DNA of 64,000 nt from the human T2T-CHM13v2.0 reference genome, Homo sapiens, in assembly GCF_009914755.1 (NCBI RefSeq), contig NC_060932.1, one strand, 5' to 3'. The notes under the pieces are model-generated. The model did not search any database and had not been told where the DNA came from. It saw only the letters and a list, made by a program, of their open reading frames with translations. Positions within the stretch are counted from its first letter, which is position 1, and every line of letters begins with the position of its first letter. Below, in pieces: positions 55,091 through 64,000 of the stretch. The translations under genes and the position numbers were made by a program.

Positions 55091-56824
55091 CAGAGGGGAG
55101 CTACCTCAATAATTACATTAGGAAAAAAATATGTAACCCAGGATTACCCCAGGGACTGCCATCCAACCTCACTCTCAGTTTCCTTTTCTGTAAAATACGG
55201 GTAATAATAAGGTAACTTTCATTGAACTGCAGTAAGGATTGAATGAAGTAATCCTGGTGAAACCTGAGACCCTGTGTCTGGCACAGAGTGGCGGGTGCTG
55301 GATGAGCTCTGACTGTTTTGTGGTCCCATGTTGATTGTACTATTCATTCTCTTCATTGCCATTGCTCAGACTGGGCCCTCATTGTCTCTCAGCTGATAGT
55401 TATAAAAGTGGTTGGACCAGACTTTGTTTCTATTTTCTATTCTTGTCCATCTGCCCTTCAGATGATCAGCAGTATGTCTTACTCGGCCCTGTTCCTACCA
55501 TGCCCCTCCCCTCCTCTCATGACTGCAGCATGTCCTAACATGGGTGCAAAGTACAAACTAGCTTTCCTGGCATTGTAAGCCTGTGCTCCAGACAAACTGG
55601 ACAAGCTATTCTTGCTATAAATGGTCACTCCTCTGCTGCCTGCTTAGTTCCAGGCTGCTTTTTCTTCCAAGAATGCCCTTTCCCAAGTCCTGTGTGCCTA
55701 GCTCCCCATCCTTCAAGGCTTATCTAAAAGCTGACCATACTCTCTCATTTGCCTCTTCATCTCATCCATACAAGTTGTAAGGCACTGGGGAAATTCTACC
55801 TTGCATTATAATGACTGGAATACACGGATGCTTCAGGACTGGAGGGAGAGAAGGAGAAAAAGGAGAGAGAATGAAGTATAATATTTTAAAAATGTTAACT
55901 ATTTTTTTTTCCAATTCTATCATCATTTGGTTCTCTTTAATCTAAGCTGTTCATTAAGTGCCTCCAAAAAAGGATATGGCAGCAGTAAGATTGTTTTGAG
56001 AGTCAAGATCTTAAAACTTAGTGGCCAATAAATAAAAATCCAAGGCATAGAGAATAAAACTGGAATATGTGAAGACAAGAGAAAGGCTTCTATAATGAGA
56101 CCAGATAATAATTTCCCCAGGCTTTGTTGATGGGAAGGAGGGAGTAGAATGTGCAAAGGGCGAGGGGAATGTGTGGCCCCAACTGAGGGGCCAGAACTGA
56201 GCAGACTTTCTTGGAGGAGTAGAATCAGCAGCCCAAGATAGTTCAGCTTCTCACGAGTGCATGCTGTTCTTGTTGCATCTTGAGGGGCTACACTGATGAT
56301 GCCATCATTAGTGTCCATAGCACAGCCAGAGATTGCCCATGAACCGTTCAGCAGGAGTGGTTCCCATGTCTGCCTTAACCCTTTGCTTGGTCCTTGCCTT
56401 ATTTACCCTGTGGAACAACCACCCTCACTGCCTTCGTCCTTCACCCACAAGAGAGAAGGTGGGTCCTGGTTATCAACAGGTGGAGAATGTATGGAAGGAA
56501 AAGTCCCTGAAACTGTGATATGGTCAGAGCAGAGCAGATACAATCTGAGAAATCTCAAGCTCAAACAGGGGCCAGTCTCAGCCCTGCACCATTGTTATTG
56601 TCATAAATAATAATCCATAGATACTTATGGAATATAAGGCCATCTCTGAAGGCACATGCAGTGTTAACTGAAATTCTGCACAAGAGGTGTGTTTCTTCTG
56701 TTTCTTTTATTTATATTTATTTATATTTCTTTTATTTATTTATTTATATTTCTTTTATTTATATTTATATTTATATATCTATTTCTTTTATTTATATGGG
56801 CAATCCTTTAATAATATCTCTACA

Positions 56825-57120
56825 AGGTAGGCATAGTGGCTCATGCCTCTAATCCAGGCACTTTGGGAGGCTGAGGCAGGAGGATTGCTTGAGACCAGGA
56901 GTTTGAGACCAACCTGGGCAACATAGTAACACCTGTCTCTACAAAAACAAATTTTTTAAAAAATTAGGCAGGTGTTTGGTGCATGCTTATAGTCTTAGCT
57001 ACTCAGGAGGCTGAGGCAGGAGGATCACTTGAGCCCAGGAGTTTGAGGTTACAGTGAGTTATAATTGTGCCACTTTACTCTAGCCTGGGCAACACAGAAA
57101 GATCCTGTCTCTAATATAAA
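56825..57120 (+). mobile_element. AluJ SINE
   Basis: Diverged Alu with the GGAGGATCACTTGAGCCCAGGAGTTTGAGG AluJ diagnostic. Confidence 0.9.
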
Positions 57121-57164
57121 TATATATGCTGTGTGTGTGTCTGTGTGTGCGTGTGCGCTTGTGT

Positions 57165-57465
57165 TTGTGTGTGTATTCACGAGAATTTATTTCATGTTTT
57201 GGGTTATCATCCAATACTACTTTATTCATTTTGTTGTTGACACGGTTTCAGTTTTGGCTGTTGGGAGCTTTTTCAGTTGACTCCTGGGTCTCTTTTGATA
57301 TACACCCATCATTTTTGTTTTGAGCACTTCTTTTCTTTCTGGCAATGTGCTCCCTACTCATCTTGTGTATTCTGTCCCTCAATCCTAGAATGAGCCATTT
57401 CTTTAAGGTGCCCTGGTCCCTTTTATTGGAGAATGACATTAAATGAACAAATATTGGTACCAAGT
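57165..57465 (-). mobile_element. Old L1M (L1MC/MD-like) 3' fragment
   Basis: CCAATACTACTTTATTCATTTTGTTG...CCTAGAATGAGCCATTTCT..AAGG.GCCCTGGTCCCTTTTATTGGAGAATG. Confidence 0.6.
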
Positions 57466-58214
57466 GGACTTTGTCTTTTTATTTAGGCAGGGGAACTCTT
57501 TCCAGAAGACTTTATTTCTTTCTCATAAGCTGACCTGGAAAATCAAGTATTTGGTTCCTTTTAACCCTGTGATTGAGGAGAGCATTGTTGTGAATAGATG
57601 TTAAGTGAACCAACCTATGAGATTTGCCCCTATTAGAGAGGCAACTACTTCATATGTAAGTTTTCAAACCAAATCACGATAAACACTTCCACTGCTTACT
57701 TGGAAATTTGGGAACCTCCATTATTGTAAAATTTTATGTTGCTCTTTCATCTCTGTAAATACAGACTACTAATGAACTATATATATATATGTAGATTTTA
57801 GCCATTTATAATAATAATGATGATGATATCTAATGCCTGTGAAGTGTTTATGATATGCAAGGGACTGTATTATTTTGCAGGCATTATCAGATTTGATCCT
57901 CAAAAATCCTTATGAGATATGCACTGTTATTATCCCCAGATGCGGTCACCAAGGCCGAGTCACATTAGCGACTTGTCTAAGGCTAATACCTAGCAAGTAG
58001 TGAAGCTGAAATTTGTATCCAAGCAAGCTTTCACAAGACTCTCAGCCTCAATTTCTCTGTTATTGCCTTGGTAATTTATAAGGGAAGATATTGCATATGA
58101 GGGCATTGCATCTCAAAATCTGTTGAAAGACACGTTGTCAGATGCTCATGTAAACACATAAGAGCTGGTATGTGCCCTACAAATTATGCAATGTTGATGT
58201 TTTTAGACTGAGTG

Positions 58215-58612
58215 CTGTGGGATGACTCATGTCCTGGCCTCCAAATTCATACACTGAAGCCTTAACTCCCAGTATTTTAGAACGTGATTTTATTTGGAGA
58301 TAGGGACTTTAAAGAGATAATTCAGTCAAAATGAGGCCTTTAGGGTGGACCCTAATGAAATTTGGCTGGTGTCCCTATAAAAAGAGAAAATGTGGACACA
58401 TAAAAAGACACGAGGGTGCACAAGCACAGAGAAAAGACAAGGTGAGGGCACAGCCATCTGCAAGCCAAAGAGAGAAGCCTTGGAAGAAACTAAATTCATG
58501 AACATTTTGATCTTGGACTTCCAGTTTCTAGAACAGTGTGAAAATAAATTTACGTTGTTTAAGCCACCCGACTATGGCATTTTGTTATGGCAGCCTTAGT
58601 AGGCTAATATAC
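58215..58612 (+). mobile_element. MaLR MLT1A/B LTR
   Basis: TATTTGGAGATAGGG.CTTTAAAGAG...AATAAATTT..GTTGTTTAAGCCACCC..TTTGTTATGGCAGCC. Confidence 0.85.
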
Positions 58613-59751
58613 CAATCATGCCACAAGTGATTTCCCCTAGTCAGATTCAGCCAGATGCTGTTCACGTGTGAGTCATATACTCAGAGTGGTTTGTTTATGA
58701 GAGCTATGAAAACTCCGGCTTAACTCCAGGAAAAGATGAGATAGTGATTCATAAACAGCATAAACTGATTGGAAAAGCCAAGTACCCATTGGTTAGTAGC
58801 AGAAAAAATAAGGTTATGTCCATGACAAAAATGCCTGTAAGGAGCAAATCATATGACAAGGGAATAATATTTGAATTAGGCTATATTAAAAAATGAAAAA
58901 AAAATAGATGCCAGGGGAATACAACTTATTTCAAGTGAGGCTTTTAATTAGGTCCTAGTAGAGCTGCCCCTGATTTTGTATTGTGGGTTTCGGGACTAAC
59001 TGAGAGAAAAACCCACAGGGCACCCACATTCTCTATATTTTTGGTGGTCCATCATCACACTGTAATGCGCTGATGTGAGAGAACATGCTCCTGATTTAAC
59101 AGCCTGAGTTTGAATCCTGGCTTGACTGGACCTGCCACTTTGGGCAAGATATCCTCTCCACACCTCAGTTTTCCCATCTGTAAAACAGGGTGATAACTGT
59201 TCTCACCTTGGAGGATTTTGTATTATGAGAGAGAATATGTTGTTAAGTGTTTGGAACAGTAGTTAATACAAATTAGTTTTATTACAAATTTTATTTATAA
59301 AATATCTGAATCATTCCTCTATAATTTATTTATAATAAAAATTTTATGATAAATTAGCTTCCTAGGTAAGTGACACTGCAGTCTTGACATGAATCTCTTC
59401 CATTAGAAAATGCTGAACATGACTTTATTTAGGCTTTGCTTGAAGATGCCATCATCATCATGAATATCACAATCTCTAGTTTTAAATACGCAGTTCGGTC
59501 CCTTCTGAGGCAACAGGGCATGACCTCCAATTGCCTTTCTAACTTCATTGATTTTCTCCACCTATTGACACCCCATGATTCTGAGAGTCTAAACTGCTTT
59601 TTTTTGGGGGGGGGGGGCTCCTATCTCTACGCAATCCTCTATCATCTTCACAGACTTTTATGTAAACCTTATTCTCTGCTTCAAATATTCTGCCTTCTGC
59701 CAACCTTCTCCTGATTGTACTTCTTTGTACTCATCACTGAAGATTCATCTT

Positions 59752-60076
<325 letters not shown>

Positions 60077-61425
60077 TCATTTCAGTATCACCTTTCCTGA
60101 TCTTCTAGCCCCTGATATTCAGTGTTAGCCGTATCTCCCCTGGGCTTTTCTGGATGTCTGAGCATACCTGTGCAATGACATTTATCATGGGCATCATACT
60201 TCTTTGCTTATTTTTATATACATACCCTCACTGGATTCTGAGCTTCATGAGCTATTTCATTATTTCTGATCTTAAGTGCCTACCAGAAAAACTGCCATTA
60301 AATAGTCACTTTATATAGGCTTGAAATAAATGAATAGATTTAAAAGCAAATGTATGTTGAGGTTTCCCTTCAGTCTGAGCAAAAGCAAGTCAGAGTTGGA
60401 CCTAATACATTGATGGCAGTAATATATTTAATATGTATTATTTAAACTGAATGTTTTATTTCAATAGACATTTATTGGCTGCTTAGCTATATGCATAGTA
60501 CTGGGATCAATTTGGAAAGGAGAGGGAAGAAAATACTGTTGTACTCTTTGCCCTAACAGGAAGATTCTATCTCTTCTTGCTTAATTCAAGCCCCCCTCCA
60601 AGATAGGAGAATCTGCTAATTCAATCAGAGTCTTGAATTTGGATTGGATAATAGTTATTAGTGAGTCTGGTGACTGGAGTCTGGTGACATTTAAAGGATA
60701 GAATGCACATGTGCAGATAGCACTCTCTTGCACTTTCGGATTCTCCTTTTCATATGGAAGCAGACATCAGCACGGTCAATAGCCCTGAGCTGGATGCAGA
60801 GCCACGTCTCTCCTCTTTCCATCTCAGGACTTAAATTCAGAGGGACCTAGGGGATCGCATTTAAGCCTCAGGCTTGGTATATATTCTCCAATCTAATTTT
60901 TACCAGTGCTCTGATTTAAAGGTTAAATGGTGCTATTCCATTAAATATAGTAATACTTTGTTTTTCATATAACCTCTGTTCTTATATGTAGCTCTCTAAG
61001 AAACTGGCTTTGATTGGGGTGGGTTACAGGGTGGGGATTGGAGGTTGAAGAAAGAATGAAAAAAGTAGGAATAAATTATGCAGCAGGATTCAGGCTTTTC
61101 TCGGTTTCTAGCCATACCATGAAAAGAATAATGGAAAAGATATATAAATAGAGATCATTTTACCCTTGCCTTATAAAAATTATAATTTACTATACCTTTA
61201 TGAAATTTATGTGAATGAGGAGAGCTGTTGTATTAGTTTCCTAGGGTATAATTATTCTGCTGTAACAAAGTACCAAAAGTACCAAAGGACCAAAAGCTGG
61301 CTTAAGACAACAGAAGTGTATTCTCTTACAGTTTAAGAGGCAAGAAGTCTGAAATAAAGATATTGACAGGGTTGATTCCTTCTGCAGGCTGTGAGGAAGT
61401 CTTTTTCATGCTTCTTTTCTAGTTT

Positions 61426-62106
61426 TGAAGTGGAGAGATCAGTAGAACTTGTTTTCTGAGCACTGGTAATGACCTTGCTGATCAAAAACAGGATGCTGTA
61501 AAGAAACCTGCCAAAACCAGCAGATGGTGACAAAAGTGACTTCTGGTGCCCACACTGTTCATAATTAAAGACGCTCCTGCCAGTGCCATGACAGTTTACA
61601 AATGCCATGGCAACATGCCGTGGCAACAACTAGGAAGTGACCTTATACGGCTCCAGGAACTCCCCGCTTCTTTTCTAGAAAATTATGAATAACCCACCCC
61701 TTAATTAGCATAGAACTAAGAGTGGGCATAAATATAGCTAGCCAGCAATCCATGCTGGGGCTGCCTCTGCAGCTGTGGCTTCAGCTGTGGCCACTGCTCC
61801 TGCTCCAACGGCTTCTCCAGACAGCTACTGTTGCTGTATACTGCTTCTGCTGCTGCTGCTGCTGCTGCTACTACTACTACTCCAGGCTGCTCTGCCTGTG
61901 GAGAAGCCACTTTGCTGTACACTGCTACTGTAGGTGCACTGCCAAGGGCTTAGCCCAGTTATGCAAGGAACAGCCATTCCGCTATGCACTGCCGTTTCAG
62001 TAAACCTGCTTTCTTCCACCACTGGCTTGCTCTTGAATTCTTTCCTGAGTAAAGCCAAGGACCCTCCTGGACTAAGCTAATTTTGGGGCTTGCCTACCAT
62101 ACATCA
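61426..62106 (+). mobile_element. MER41-family ERV1 solo LTR with an internal CTG-rich expansion
   Basis: GCCATGACAGTTTACAAATGCCATGGCAAC MER41 motif; TG...CA ends; perfect TSD GTTT. Confidence 0.8.
61847..61879 (+). repeat. (CTG)7(CTA)4 compound trinucleotide repeat
   Basis: Counted directly from the sequence. Confidence 0.92.
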
Positions 62107-62377
62107 GTTTCTGATGGTTGTCAGCAATTCTTGTCATTCTTTGGCTAGTAGACGCTTCAATCTGCCTTCACTTCACACGGCAGCCTCCACATTGTGTATC
62201 TAAATCTTTCTGTGTCCTCTCCTCTTATAAGGATGCCAGTCATTGGATTTAAATGCTCTCCCTAACCCCAGGGTGATTTCATCTTGAGGTCCTTAATTAC
62301 ATCTGTAAATAACTCTATTTCCAAATAAAGTGACATCGTGAGGTTTTGGGTGAAAGTGAGCTTTTAGGGGATACTAT

Positions 62378-62725
62378 TGCTTTGGTCCATTTTGTGCTGC
62401 TATAACAAATTACTGCAGGCTGGGTAACTTATGAAGAACGGAAATCTATATCTTATAGTTCTGGAGGCTGGGAAGTTGAAAATGAAGAAGCCAACATCTG
62501 GCAAGGGCCCTCTTGCTTTGTCATTCCATGGTGAAGGGTGGAAGGCCAAGAGAGCAAGAGAGAGCAAACTCCCTCCCTCAAGCCCTTTAAAATGACATTA
62601 ATCCATTAATGGGCCAGAGCCCTCATGATCAAAACACCTCCCATTAGGCCCCACTTCCCAACACTGTTGCATTGGGGATTAAATGTCAACATGGGTTTTG
62701 GAGGAAACAAAAACATTCAATCCAT
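62378..62725 (-). mobile_element. MaLR MST (MSTB-like) LTR
   Basis: GTCCATTTTGTGCTGCTATAACA...CTGGAGGCTGGGAAGT...CCCATTAGGCCCCAC.TCCCAACACTG. Confidence 0.85.
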
Positions 62726-64000
62726 ATTCAACCCACCACAGTTGAGAGCTTATGTTCAATTCATTTGTTGAGGATGGTGGACTGAAACAGGCTCTCGCAT
62801 CCCACTCTTGCTCCAAATACAAAACGATAAAAATGGCATGTAAATAAATAAATAAGTCCATGTACATGATGCACACAAAAGAGTCATTCTATGGACCAGG
62901 AATTGTGTGAAATCCATGAAAGACATAGAGTTGAAGACTGCAACCACAGCCTAAAACTACCCTAAAAGGTGTGATAACAAAATTGAAGTTGGCAGAAAAA
63001 TGCTTGCACCCTGGGAATGGCCTATACTCAGAGCAGAAAGCAACTCTGTGACAACCAGCAAAGTGATTCATTGGTTTTGCCACTAGGAATAGCTCAGCAC
63101 TTGACTGTATATTCATGTATCCTCACCTCGATGTGCATTTCTAGGTGGATGCAGAGGTTGTGGAGCTTGGGTTGGATGTAAAAGGCTGTAGGCGCACTGC
63201 CAAGGGGTTGTCCCAGATGGCTGGTCCCTTTAGGAGAAAGTGGTGGGCCGCCATCCTCAGATGCCTCGCATTCCCAGTGAGGACGGCCTCAGCAGCACCT
63301 TCTGTGGTTACCTTCAAGCTGACACTGCAGAGATGTATCAGGTAGTCTGACAGGAAATACTAATCCAAAAACTGAACACACAACGTGGAATAGCTAAACA
63401 TCCAAGGAAAACCAACACCAGAGGAAGACAGATGATGAACTTGAGCTCAGGAGACTCAGAAACCTTGGGTGTTAGTCAGATGTTGTCCCCTAGAGAAAGA
63501 ATTATGAAAATATGTCCCCAAATAGAAAAAATCCTAGAAGAGAAAGGCAGTATTCTTAAAATATCTTAGGTCAGAGTCCTATCCTATGATTTGTCATTTG
63601 CATCATTGCTTGGCAAGAAAATGACGTTCTTACCCTATCCTAAAACCCGAGAAGACAAAGAACACAAATCAAAACAAAACAAACTCTGTAACAGTTAGGT
63701 CACTGTCCTGCCTGGCCAACATAATGAATGATAACATTCTGACCAGAGATTCAAATTCCTAAGACCTTCCCTGGTTTTGGTTGAAAATTAGGGCAGTTGT
63801 TACCAAGGTCATCGAGGCCATACTTTTTTTTCCAGTGTATGTAGCGGTTCCCAAATGGGTCAAAATTGATTACATGCCTGAGAGTTTTTGAGGTGAAAAA
63901 TGTATGCAAAGAGAGTTTCTTTTCCTTTGCATTGGAAGGAAAGAAAATTTCTGAAGAGGGTTACCAACCTCAAAATGTCATATATAAATAATGCTTATGA

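Larger units (their letters stand above)
61229..62377 (-). mobile_element. MaLR MLT1 LTR split by a MER41-family LTR
   Basis: TGTATTAGTTTCCTAGGG...CTATTTCCAAATAAAGT.ACAT; the sequence resumes after 62106. Confidence 0.8.

Noticed and set aside
61716-62058. Poly-Ala, poly-Cys and poly-Ser ORFs
   Set aside because: They are by-products of the CTG/CTA repeat inside an LTR
63140-63345. GC-richer patch with several CpGs
   Set aside because: Too short and CpG-poor for an island; possibly an old L1 5' region, and I cannot support a call

Overview
This is primate (human-like) non-coding genomic DNA. It is AT-rich, has no CpG island and no intact protein-coding gene, and is dominated by interspersed repeats (Alu, L1, L2/MIR, ERV1/ERVL/MaLR LTRs, hAT/Tigger DNA transposons). 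The long ORFs are L1, Alu or simple-repeat artefacts. The main structure is a nested retroelement cluster at about 31.6-45.1 kb. An outer + strand ERV1-class provirus remnant with a tRNA-His primer binding site contains a complete two-LTR - strand ERV1 provirus (34971-40940, also with a His PBS), a MER31 LTR, four Alus and a full-length processed SOD1 pseudogene with TSDs, and it ends at an L1PA. The two proviruses share a ~300 bp inverted block that is far more similar than the adjacent homology, which suggests gene conversion between inverted repeats. The inner 5' LTR has ETS and RUNX sites and a strong splice donor, so it is a candidate promoter for a - strand lncRNA. From memory, unverified, this fits the SOD1P3/LINC00861 locus at human 8q24.13. 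I see no evidence for a new multi-gene system. The most interesting signals are rearrangement footprints and retroelement-derived regulatory elements. Repeat subfamily names and percent identities are by-eye estimates.
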